Shown: in pieces, positions 37,884-47,358 of the stretch
How positions within the stretch are numbered: position 1 is the stretch's first letter
Layout: every line of letters starts with the position of its first letter
Assembly: GCA_965226205.1 (NCBI GenBank)
Contig: CBDDCJ010000028.1
Span: forward strand, 491,384 to 555,383
DNA length: 64,000 nucleotides
Direction: 5' to 3'
Origin: Opitutales bacterium
GTDB taxonomy: Bacteria > Verrucomicrobiota > Verrucomicrobiia > Opitutales > UBA2987
Notes under the pieces: model-generated
What the model was told of the DNA's origin: nothing
The model's input: only the letters and a program-made list of their open reading frames with translations
The model's database searches: none
Translations under genes and position numbers: made by a program

Positions 37884-39081
37884 TTAAAAAAGCCTCCGCT
37901 CGAAGCGATTGTAGGCCCAAAGGGGCGTCATCGATTTCAAAAAGGAGACGGGTTGGCGGTATCTGCCAACTGTAGGCAGGGCCTTCGCCAAACCATTTAA
38001 AAATTGATCGTAACGGCTCTCCAGGGAATCCAATTGCATTTCTGCAATCATATTTTGTGATTTCTCAAAAAAATGCTCTTGTCTATGGCCAGACCAATCG
38101 TTGGCCAGGCAGAGGGTTTGCAACAGGCTCTTGAGGTCGCCCGGCCGATAAAGCCAGGAAGGGTCCATTTGCGCAAGAAAATCCCGGCCCCCGTAAAAGT
38201 CGGGATAAAGAGGGACAACACCGCCAGAGAGCGCCTCCAGCAAGGCAATGGGGAGTCCCTCGTAGTCGCTGAAAAATACCATGAATTTCCATCGGTTGAG
38301 GAATTTTCCAATAATCGTCGCCCTCTTTCCAGCCGTGAAAATGAACATTTCCCCTTCCCGCCAAGGCTTCCCGGAGCCAGTTTTCATCGGGGCCCGCGCC
38401 CAAAATTTCAAAAGTGGCGCCCGGTAGTTTTTGTTCCAGCAAATCGAGAAAAGCGGGAATGCGGTCGATCCTTTTTTGTTTTTTAACCAAGCGCCCGGCA
38501 AAACCGATTACTACCTCTTCGCGTAGTTGAAAGCCCTGTTTGCCAATCCAGTCAGGCGCTTTTATTATATGCGGAAAATAGGCCAAACGGGATTTGTTCC
38601 AACTGGAAAGGATCTGGCGGGTCCTGCGCATCATCTCCTCGTTCACCAAAATGAAACCATCGGCGAAGCGGGCATAATAACGGATAAATTTTTCCACCTG
38701 AGGGTAACTGGAATGGATAAAACCTATACGAAATTCCGCCGGATCCAGGTCGGCGCATATGTCCAGACCCCAGCAATTATGATAGAGCGACACTTCGGCG
38801 GATAGGCGGTGGTGAACTCTATCTGCATACAAACGCCTTAAACCTCCGATTGTTTGATGGGGCGACCCATCCAGGCATACCTGTTGGGCGGCATTTTTTT
38901 TATCTTCTCGCATAAAGGAAACGAAAAAAGCCTGATGGCCCGATTCCTTCAGGTGGGAGCGCATGACGGCCTCCATGCCGCCGCCGCAATGAAGCCGTTT
39001 GGCGTGGTGTAAAAACCGGACCGATTCTTTTCTTTGGCCCATTTCACCCATTTGTTTAATTTCCAAAAAGTTGTCCGCCAT
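37884..39081 (-). pseudogene. GT4/GT1-family glycosyltransferase interrupted by a single frameshift in a T4/A4 run
   Basis: ORF 38083..39081 reads ...GNVHFHGWKEGDDYWKI. It then continues sensibly only in the frame of ORF 37884..38501 (..FLNRWKFMVFFSDYEGLPIALLEALSGGVVPLY, the EX7E motif). The switch maps to ggaaTTTTcca at 38304-38307. Confidence 0.7.
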
Positions 39082-39103
39082 AATGGGCCTAAATACCCAT
39101 CAT

Positions 39104-39520
39104 TCACAAGGGATAAATAGGGTGGGGATCCCAAAAAGAAGAACCCGGAAAATGACGAGGAAAATAATGCCTTATTTGGCGGAATTTGCGCACGAAAGCA
39201 ATTAAGGCGGCAATCTCTTCGTCGGTCAGTTTTTCCGCAAAGGGCTTCATTTTTGTTTTTCCATCAACCTTCATGCTCTCTTTAACATTTTTGTGCATTT
39301 CCTCTTCTTTAAGGGAGTCCTGATATTCACAATCGGTAAAGTCCTTAACCTTAGTCATTTTGCCCGTCTTGGTTTTGCCCCGGCCGTCCTTTCCGTGGCA
39401 TCTTTGGCAATTTTTGCTCCACAACAGGGCTGCATTGCCAACTTCCCCGTTGAGCTGGAATGGGGCAAAAAAGTAAAGGACGGTCATTAGAATTATAATG
39501 GATTGGATTAGTTTTTTCAT
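39104..39520 (-). CDS. Monohaem class I c-type cytochrome (secreted)
   Basis: Signal peptide, a single CQRCH haem motif, and distal Met candidates. It lies 10 nt downstream of the beta-barrel gene. Confidence 0.8.
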   Translation of the reverse strand: MKKLIQSIIILMTVLYFFAPFQLNGEVGNAALLWSKNCQRCHGKDGRGKTKTGKMTKVKDFTDCEYQDSLKEEEMHKNVKESMKVDGKTKMKPFAEKLTDEEIAALIAFVRKFRQIRHYFPRHFPGSSFWDPHPIYPL

Positions 39521-39529
39521 GGTTTGTTA

Positions 39530-41617
39530 TTAGAAACGGTATTGCAGGCCGGAGTAAACCAGATGGGCGTCGTAATTATTATTGCCCCCGGAAGTTTCAA
39601 CCCGGTTGCTGAAGAAACCATAGCGGAGGGTAATTCGCATGTGCTCGCTCATTCTGCGATTCAGGGTTATTGAAAACCTGTGCTCCCTGGCGCCGGCCCC
39701 GTAGGGCAGACCCACGTTTGAATTATCGGTGTAATTATCGGCCCTATAATGATTGTAGTAAATCTGCACGTCGGTTTTTTCATTGAGAACAACTCCCGCA
39801 TTTAAATCGACATACCAGTAATCGTTTTTGCTCGGAAGGAACTAGATTGGCGGCGCTCCAGTCGATTGGCTAGCTCCCGTTTGTAGTTCGTCCATGATAT
39901 AATTGATCGAGCCTCGCAGATAAACGCTGGCCAGAGGGTTCCAGGTAAGCGTCTCGCTGATAATATGCCGGCTTTGTTCCGCGCTTTGAATTTTATCGAA
40001 ATCGGGACCCGTGGAATTGTAGGTGTCCGATATTTGATAATCGTAGCGGCTGAACCAGGGTAATCCTGGAATCGGGCCGCCAGGTAGCCCTGATGTTCAC
40101 ATCGTGAGTAGTGAAATCGAGAGTCTGCGCAAAGGCCGGAAATCCCAGAGTATTGTTCGCTCTATGGTCGAAATTATTAATCGCGTTTTTTGTAATAATA
40201 TTGGGCCGAGGCGTTGAAATTGGATTTTGGGTACCAATTGATTCTGGCAGTGTATTTTTGCGTGTTGCGTGTAAAATCGGTTTCCCGGTCGAGTTCCACC
40301 ATGCCGGTCAGGTTTTCGATTTCCCTTTCCAGCAGACGGCCGTCTCCCCGATTCAAATCGGCCCGCGCATATAGGACCAGGTTTTCTTTGCCGGTGTAAC
40401 GGGCTTCCAGTTTGACGGAAATTTCATCCCAGGATTTATCGCTGCGAAGGCTCAGGCTTTCCTCTGTCGGAAGGTCGATGAAATTCGTTTCCGGGAGTTC
40501 TGAAGCGACATTGAAATCCTGTTTCTCGAACCGGAATGCGGATACCAGGCGCAGATTCTTTTTGTGGATGTGCATGATATTGAAGTTCACCACGTACTGC
40601 TCCATTTCAGAATTACCGGCCAGATCGAGGAATCCGCGATCATGACTCTGGGTTTGGAAATAGGGGTCGAAAATGACATCGAAATCAGACCCGATAATCC
40701 TGTCGCCGGAAAAATCGGCATCCAGACTGGTGGCCGAAAATCCCGTCGTGACAAGGAGGTTTTCCCGAAGCCGGGTAGAGGCAAGCGTGTACGCTGAAAA
40801 CATCGGACTTCGTCGTTTCTCTATGGGTCACATAGCGGTCGGAATGCTCCCCGGGCGTTCTTCTCATATTGCGGGTATCGGTGAACTCGGTTTTTCCCCA
40901 TCGCAGCCCCGCCCCCAGATCCGTTTTCCCAATCGAGTGACTCGCATCCAATTCGAATAGATGGGTTTCCTCGTCGATATTGAGGAATGAGGGAACGATG
41001 TGCTTTCGGCTGAAACCGCCCGTAAAACCGGTGTCTCCCCAGGACAGCGAGTCTTTTTTCCCCTCTCGAAATCTGTGGGTATATTTAAAAGCAATTTTCG
41101 GAACATCCGGCATGGTGAGGCCGGCTTCAAACCACACTTTGCCGCGATCCATGGCCAGGTTGCTCGTCAAAATAACTGACCCACATTCCGTTTTGCGGGA
41201 AGAAGCCGCCGCTGCCGTCATACCAGGTGCGGTATTCCCTATATCCGGCCCGCAGGTAGCCTTTTTCAGAATTGTCCAGATCGACAGCGAAAAAGTAGTC
41301 GTTGTGATCGACCAGGGCGCGGCTGTCGATGGCCAGAAAAGCATCGCCCAGATAGGTTTCAAAATGGAAATCCTCAATGCCCCCGTGCGCGCTTTGGGGA
41401 GACCCGTGGCGCTTCATGAAGGCCGCCTTATCACCATCGATGGACACGCCGAACAGGAAAGATCGATCCAGCCGCTCAGAGCGACCTCCTCCCAACTCGT
41501 GAATTCCAAAGCGTTCCCGGAGGTTCCCCCTGGGCCGTCAATTGCGAACAGGCCATCAAGCTCATAGCTGAGATCGTGGAAAAAATGGCAGCCGTTTGCC
41601 GATTTCCGTTTATCCAT
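39530..41617 (-). pseudogene. Large beta-barrel outer-membrane protein (MtrB/PioB/MtoB-like by context), broken by several frameshifts
   Basis: The coding signal hops between overlapping minus-strand ORFs 41414..41617, 41127..41495, 40685..41377, 40177..40803 and 39530..39769. No ORF of 60 aa or more covers 39770-40176. The sequence has alternating aromatic/polar beta-strand character, and the last ORF ends ...YSGLQYRF (C-terminal Phe, typical of OMPs). Confidence 0.55.
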
Positions 41618-41668
41618 CTGACGTTTAATTTTTTCATCGCTATGCCGCAGCCTGATGGGGTTGCATAA

Positions 41669-42322
41669 TTAAAACCGCAAATGCGAATTCACGTTGGAGC
41701 CGTGGGGAGTGTGGCAGGTGGTGCAGCCTTCCCGGATGGCCTCGTGCTCAAATACATGCGGCCCCCTTTGTAATGAGTGGCACTGCAAACAATTCTCATT
41801 GGCCGACAGCAGTTGCGTCCCTCCCCCTATGTGGGCATCGCCCTCGTGGGGATTGTGGCATCGCCGCAGCCGACCCGGTTCTGCCCCAGCGGATGCCTAT
41901 GAGGCAGGGAAAATTCCGCCCGTTGGGCCAAGTGGCATTGATAACAGGTTTCGGGCGAATTGCCGGGATTGACGATGGTGTGAGCCGTTCCCCCGGCCTC
42001 AACATGGGCGGCTTCCCGGCCCATGGCAGGACTCGCAGCCCATTTCGGAAACATTATTGCCGTGGGCAATTATTTTGAAATGCGACGCCCTCTCGAAACC
42101 TTCTGTTAAATCTTCGTGGCATTGGGAACACTCATCAATGCCCACAAATGCAGCGCCGGAAATGTGAGGAGGCGCTATCAATACGCGCTCCACCGTGGCG
42201 CAGGAGCCGAAGGCAAGAACGGCGCCGGCCACGGCCAGGGAGAGCAATACCTTATGGCTCCATAGACGCTGCCAGAGTCTTTCAACTTCGGGATGTTTTG
42301 GGCTTTTGAAGATCAAAACCAT
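41669..42322 (-). pseudogene. Periplasmic hexahaem c-type cytochrome (MtrA/NrfB-like), two frameshifts
   Basis: Signal anchor, then CSQCH, CESCH, CYQCH, CGD(-1)CH, CLQCH and CTTCH once three frames are joined. My own translation of 41669-41860 gives CHNPHEGDAHIGGGTQLLSANENCLQCHSLQRGPHVFEHEAIREGCTTCHTPHGSNVNSHLRF*. Frame switches lie near 42015-42030 and 41856-41862. Confidence 0.65.
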
Positions 42323-42574
42323 TGGTCCGGGCTGTCAGGGATAAAGGTAATAACGACTTTACCAAGTTAATTCAGTAATGGCCATAGTCAAGTGCCCCAC
42401 CCCGTTAATTCTTTCCAGAGGGGCTTTTTAAAGGACCGTTAATTAAACCCATTAGTATTTTTAAAGCAATTTATCATCCAAAAGCACTATTAGAAATGTG
42501 AAAAATAAATCGTTATAAAATAAAGATAAACTTATTTGCTTTTCCCTCATAACGGCATAAAATTAATACAACTG

Positions 42575-44093
42575 ATGCACTCTTCTCGATTTATTCTATT
42601 TTCAAAGACTAAGGCGTGTTTCGGGATCGCGCTCATGTTTTTGGTCTGTAACGCCCCTTTCCCCTCTGGCCCAACCAGATAGTAAATCGTTCCCTCTCGC
42701 CTCGGGAGATTCGTGATTACGGCCGGCCGGAGGGCACTCAAACTTCCAGCGGCTTGTTCAATGTCGGGCGAGGCGTTGATATATACCTGGAAGCCCAGGT
42801 TGACAAGACAGCCAACGTAACGGGAGTTGATTGGGAGCTGATTTCCCAGCCGCTCGGTCCCGAAGTTCCGATTTTCAGCCAGGGCGATCGCGAGGTCTTC
42901 CAGGCGGCCGATCGCCCGGGTCCTCGTCCCCGATGTATTGGGAATTTAAACCGTCAGAGTATCGGTCGTCACAGACTCCGGGAATATTATAGTCCTCACC
43001 CAGTGGTTCACGGCGGCTGAATAAGTGGGCGTGGGGAAACTGATTGCCCATGGGGAGGCCGCTGCCGCCCTGGAATCGCAGCATCCGCAAAATTGCTTTC
43101 GCTGCCACGAGACGCCCAGTCCCTTTGGGTGGAAAACAACGCCAGGCAATGCTCCTTTTGCCATGAGGACAAGGCCGCTTTATGGCTTGGAACCTCCAAT
43201 CACTTTGGGCCCCACTCTTCGCCCCAAACCGACATGCTGGCTGGCGCCAATGCCATCGAATACGGCAAGGAAATCGGCAGTTCATTGCACATATTTGCCA
43301 TTGAGGATGCCTGCGTCACCTGCCACATGCAGGAAACAAGCGCCGATGATGCCTTTTACCTGATGGCCGGCGGCCACACCTTTAAGCCGAGTTGGGATGG
43401 CTCCACACCCGATGATCATGCCGATGATGTCGATATCACAGCGGCCTGCGCAGTCTGCCACGGCCCGGTCGAATCGTTTAATTTCAAGCAGGACGACTTT
43501 AACGGAGACGGGTTCGTCGAGGGAATAAAAGAGGAAATCGAGGGGTTGCTGCAAGACCTGGCCGTGCAACTGCCGCTCATTGGGGAGCCCACCGTGACCG
43601 AAAGAGTAACGGCGGATTCACACACTTTGGCCCAGAAAAAAGCCCTCTACAACTACCTCTTCGTGGAGAACGATGGCAGCCACGGGGGTTCACAACCTGA
43701 GCTACGCGGTGGGCATTTTGCAGGCATCCCTGGAAGACCTCGAACGGCCGGGCAATTTCTTTGACAGCTCGGGAGATTTCAGGCTACCCCGGCTGGAGAA
43801 CTTCCTACTGGTACAACAACTATTATGCTGACTACTATCCGTGGATTTACCATGAAGAGCACGGCTGGCAGTATGTTTCCGGCCACAGCACGGAAGACGG
43901 CATCTATGTCTGGGACCTGGGCCTGAAATCCTGGCTTTACTTGAGCAAAGATTCCTACCGCTGGATCTACATGTTCAAGGAAAATACCGGCTGGGTCTGG
44001 ACTTTTCGAGACAACCGTCCCGACAGTCGTTTTTTCCAAAAATTCACCAACCAAAGTCTCTTCAGCATCTCCACAAGATTGCCTCTGGAGTGA
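42575..44093 (+). pseudogene. Secreted multihaem c-type cytochrome with an Ig/PKD-like segment and an aromatic C-terminal module; multiple frameshifts plus two in-frame TAA codons
   Basis: Signal peptide MHSSRFILFSKTKACFGIALMFLVC from the ATG at 42575. Haem motifs CFRCH, CSFCH, CVTCH and CAVCH lie in different frames. TAA codons are at 42947-42949 and 43022-43024. Frame changes lie near 42650, 43100, 43685 and 43770. Confidence 0.6.
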
Positions 44094-44118
44094 TGGCGGA
44101 TTTGCTTGGGGAGATGTT

Positions 44119-44654
44119 TTAATGACAGCCCCAGTCCGAACCGCAACCGCCACTTGCCGCCATGTGCTTCTCGTTTTCTCCGGTCAGGAGGCTTTCCGCC
44201 TCCACTAACTCTGCCAGTTGACAGATTTTTCGGTAAAATTCTTCCTCCCCCAGACCCTGTAGGACGGCGCCATATATGAGGCAATGGTCGTCGGTGACAA
44301 CCTCTCCGTAGTTCAGGACCGGTGTCATGTAGGCTATGGCCAGGGCAATCAGGTCAGGCCGCTGAGCGGGGTCATGAGGAGGCCCAGTCCGAAGAAATCG
44401 AGAAAGATCGCGGTCCAAATCCAGATGACCAGGCCATTATGCCCATCCAGCCCAAAATAAAGGTATCTGGCCGAGGCCACATGAACCGTAGCAGCATAAA
44501 ATTCAGTAAAAATTTCGCAGCCCAGAAGAAATACGTTTATAATCATGGCAACAGTCATGATCATTCGCAGGGTAAAAATGGGCTCGTTGCCGATCCAGTA
44601 GCTGGTGGACTTGCGGATGGGACCAGAAAAAGTGTATAATCTTTTAGCATACAA
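44119..44654 (-). pseudogene. NrfD/PsrC-like membrane subunit remnant (C-terminal third only, one frameshift) with a Cys/Gly-rich tail
   Basis: ...LRMIMTVAMIINVFLLGCEIFTEFYAATVHVASARYLYFGLDGHNGLVIWIWTAIFLDFFGLGLLMTP resembles the last helices of NrfD-family proteins. The frame is open only from a TTG 7 nt downstream of the upstream gene's stop codon. A frame change near 44350-44420 leads into ...AASGGCGSDWGCH*. Confidence 0.4.
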
Positions 44655-44660
44655 CCCTTA

Positions 44661-45635
44661 TCATGTATCGAAGAAATAGTAAAAACGCGGCGCCGATCCC
44701 ACGTCTTCCTTGAGGATGTAAACCCTCTTGTTTTTAAGGATGTAATTGATTTCGCTGCCGGGATCGAGGAGGTTGCCGAAAATGCGGGCTCCGGTCGGGC
44801 AGACATCCAGGCAGGCCGGGTATTTGCCCGCCCTGGTGCGGTGCAGGCAGAAGGTGCATTTCTCCACCACGCCCTTGGGCCGGATGCGGTTGCTTAGATA
44901 ATTTTGGTTCGGATTGATGGCATCCGGGGAGATTTTTGGCTTTTCGAAATTGAATCGCCGGGCGTCGTAGGGGCAGGCTGCCATGCAATAACGGCACCCG
45001 ATGCACCAGTTATAATCAATCACGATGATGCCGTCCGGCTCCTGCCAGGTGGCCTTGACCGGGCAGGCCTTGGTGCAGGGAGATTTCCGGCATTGATGGC
45101 ACTGCACTGGCATGTAGTATTTGTCCTTCTGCGGCACAACGTCCGGGTCGTAGTATTGATTGGAGGATTCCAGGTTGATGGAGCCTTTGTCCAGTTCCAG
45201 CACCCGGATGTAGGACATCTCGATATCCGTGGCCAATTCCCGCGATTGATTGTTCTCAGCCATGCAGGCGTGGGCGCATTTGCGGCATCCGATGCACCGA
45301 GTCAAATTCAGCGCGTAGGCGAACTCGACGTTCTCCAACGGCTTCAGATCGCCAATTTGCGGCCTGACGCCATACTGCTCCTGGGATTTTTTCTCCAAAT
45401 CGCGCAAAATGCGTTCCATGGCTTCGGGAGTCAGCCGATGGTAGTGCTTCTGCAGCAGGCCGTCCAGAGTCAATTCCCCTCCCTCCAGCTTGAGCAAAGG
45501 CTCCAGGGCCGCCACTATGCCGGACATTCCCACCAGAGAAGCCGCCGTCCCTTTCAAAAAAGTGCGCCGGGTCAGAGGTTTCAGCGATTCCCTGATCGTT
45601 CGTGGCTGGACTGCTTTTTCGCTTTCCGGGTTCAT
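44661..45635 (-). CDS. Tat-exported 4Fe-4S ferredoxin-type subunit (NrfC/HybA/PsrB-like)
   Basis: Twin-arginine signal RRTFLKGTAA and four Cys clusters (CIGCRKCAHAC, CHQCRKSPC..C, CIGCRYCMAAC, CTFC...C..C). Confidence 0.85.
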   Translation of the reverse strand: MNPESEKAVQPRTIRESLKPLTRRTFLKGTAASLVGMSGIVAALEPLLKLEGGELTLDGLLQKHYHRLTPEAMERILRDLEKKSQEQYGVRPQIGDLKPLENVEFAYALNLTRCIGCRKCAHACMAENNQSRELATDIEMSYIRVLELDKGSINLESSNQYYDPDVVPQKDKYYMPVQCHQCRKSPCTKACPVKATWQEPDGIIVIDYNWCIGCRYCMAACPYDARRFNFEKPKISPDAINPNQNYLSNRIRPKGVVEKCTFCLHRTRAGKYPACLDVCPTGARIFGNLLDPGSEINYILKNKRVYILKEDVGSAPRFYYFFDT

Positions 45636-46237
45636 TTGCGGTCGGTTTTCTTTTTGCCGGAATGCTCCTCAGCTAGCATTCTGGCGTGTGCGGCCCCCGC
45701 GGCCCGCCGGGGATAATTGGGCGGAGGCAGCGGATGAATAGTCTTGTATTTAGGGTAATGAGGATCGTGGCACTGGATGCAGCGCAATTGAGGCTGCGGT
45801 CCTTTGGCGGTGTCCCAGTAACCGTTTCTGCGCCCATGCGCGCCGGCCATCCAGTCGCGATATTTCGGCCCATGACACTTGGCGCAAAGCAGAACGACAT
45901 CCTTTTCCGGAATCTCCGTCCCGTCGTAATCGGCGAAAACCCCCACATTTTTCTGGTTGTGGCAATTGAGGCAAAAGCGGTTGTTGCCGTGCTTGAGTAT
46001 GATGTCGTCATGCTCCACCAGATCGTAATCGCGCTTCCACTTGGATTCGATTAAATCGTGGCATTCCCTGCAATCGTAGGTCCAGCCCATCTTGGTCAAG
46101 TCCAGGCCCTTGGTGAAACGCGGAGGCGTTTTGTCCAGATGAGTGTCGCTGGCCAAACCCGTTGCAGGCTGCGCTGTTCCCGCTATCTGATTTTCCTCTA
46201 CATCAAGCTCTGTCTGCGGGGGGCGTTGAAACTCCAC
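45632..46237 (-). CDS. Tetrahaem c-type cytochrome (cytochrome c3/NrfB-like); its N-terminal membrane anchor is in another frame
   Basis: CRECH, CLNCH, CAKCH and CIQCH. A signal-anchor ORF (MVKIGILPGFFLLLLLAAALLPWSFNAP, ATG at 46302) joins the main frame if one base is added in the G6/C6 run at 46218-46223. Confidence 0.75.
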   Translation of the reverse strand: MEFQRPPQTELDVEENQIAGTAQPATGLASDTHLDKTPPRFTKGLDLTKMGWTYDCRECHDLIESKWKRDYDLVEHDDIILKHGNNRFCLNCHNQKNVGVFADYDGTEIPEKDVVLLCAKCHGPKYRDWMAGAHGRRNGYWDTAKGPQPQLRCIQCHDPHYPKYKTIHPLPPPNYPRRAAGAAHARMLAEEHSGKKKTDRK

Positions 46238-46652
46238 GGAAGAAGCGCGGCGGCCAGAAGCAGCAACAAAAAAAACCCTGGTAAAATTCCGATTTTTACC
46301 ATCAAACCACCCCGCCTCAAAAAATTACGGGCAAGCCCTACGGATTTTACAATGCGCACTACCAGCCAAATAGAGAAACAATGTTACAGTTATATTTCAC
46401 TGCTATAATATCGAATAAAACGCCCCAAAAACCACGCATTCCTTAGCCAACACTAGGCACGAATTGTCCCTTGCCAATAACCTCAAATCAGGTTAATTTT
46501 TCAAATCACCGCACTTTTTGACCACTATTTGACAGGCTAGATGAAAATCAAAAAACAAGTCGGCAAAGCCAAGGAGGAACCTCCACTGGAGAGGGCCTTT
46601 CGCCTTCGAAATATGTTGATAGAATTGCGTGGGGAGCGGGATACGGAAGATA

Positions 46653-47323
46653 ATGGAAACGTTCGTAAGCTTGTTGGAAAAACTAAGTCGTAATCATATC
46701 GATTACCTCCTGGTTGGTGGGTTGGCGGTCGATATCTGTGGATTCAGTCGGGCAACCTTGGATGTAGATATAATTATCAAGCATAATAGTTCGAATATTG
46801 AACGGCTGCTACTTACACTTAACGATTTTGGCGATGGTTCCGCTTCAGAGTTGACCCCATTGTTTCATAAATTCAATCAGATTCAAGACTGTGATCCGCA
46901 TAAACAAAGGGACTAACGTGCAAAAAAGGTATATTGCTGAACTTCACAAAAAGTGAAGATACAAAAATGGATTGATAGAGCGTTATTATGGTTGTTTATG
47001 CCGCATTCAGAAGGTTTTTACTCAATATTTATGAAACAATGGGGTTGACAGTGAAAGATTTCGAACTGGAAGAAGGATGTATAAGAATTGTCGAGTCCTT
47101 TCCATTGGATGTCTTTACGATTATGAGAGGTAACATATACGAGCAATTGTTTGAATATAAAAAAGTTTTTCGATCGCAAAATGGAGTCAAAATTCCCTAT
47201 TTGAATCAAGACGGATTGATACTTTTGAAAAAGGGTTCCCTTCGGCCCAAAGATCAAATCGACGTTATTGAATTACGAAAAATCAGAGACGCCAAACAAT
47301 CGCTGGAGGAAAATGACAAGTAG
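46653..47323 (+). pseudogene. Small nucleotidyltransferase-fold protein gene split by a MITE
   Basis: The N-half is METFVSLLEKLSRNHIDYLLVGGLAVDICGFSRATLDVDIII...GDGSASE. The C-half is LTVKDFELEEGCIRIV...IPYLNQDGLILLKKGSLRPKDQIDVIEL. Removing 46855-47048 restores one continuous frame (..SASELTVKDF..). Confidence 0.6.
46855..47044. mobile_element. 190-bp MITE with 18-bp perfect terminal inverted repeats and a 4-bp target duplication
   Basis: The ends are CCCCATTGTTTCATAAAT at 46855 and ATTTATGAAACAATGGGG ending at 47044. TTGA flanks both sides (46851-46854 and 47045-47048). The element has internal hairpins (CTTCAC-AAAAA-GTGAAG) and no ORF. Confidence 0.75.
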
Positions 47324-47358
47324 CCTCTGTATCGATCCTCTTGACAGGATTCAAGGTT

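Noticed and set aside
2189-43024. Possible stop-codon reassignment (in-frame TAG at a Gln position; in-frame TAA at Tyr positions)
   Set aside because: - The two cases would need different meanings, Gln and Tyr.
- TAG and TAA also terminate many well-conserved genes in the window at the expected lengths. Examples are hpnN and serA ending in TAG, and glgB, tig and hpnM ending in TAA.
- Ordinary nonsense mutations or errors explain the data better.
44119-44330. RiPP-like precursor: a helical leader ending ...AASGG followed by CGSDWGCH
   Set aside because: - The frame is continuous with the NrfD-like remnant.
- There are no modification enzymes, transporters or proteases nearby, and no independent start or RBS evidence.
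- The resemblance rests only on a Gly-Gly followed by two Cys.
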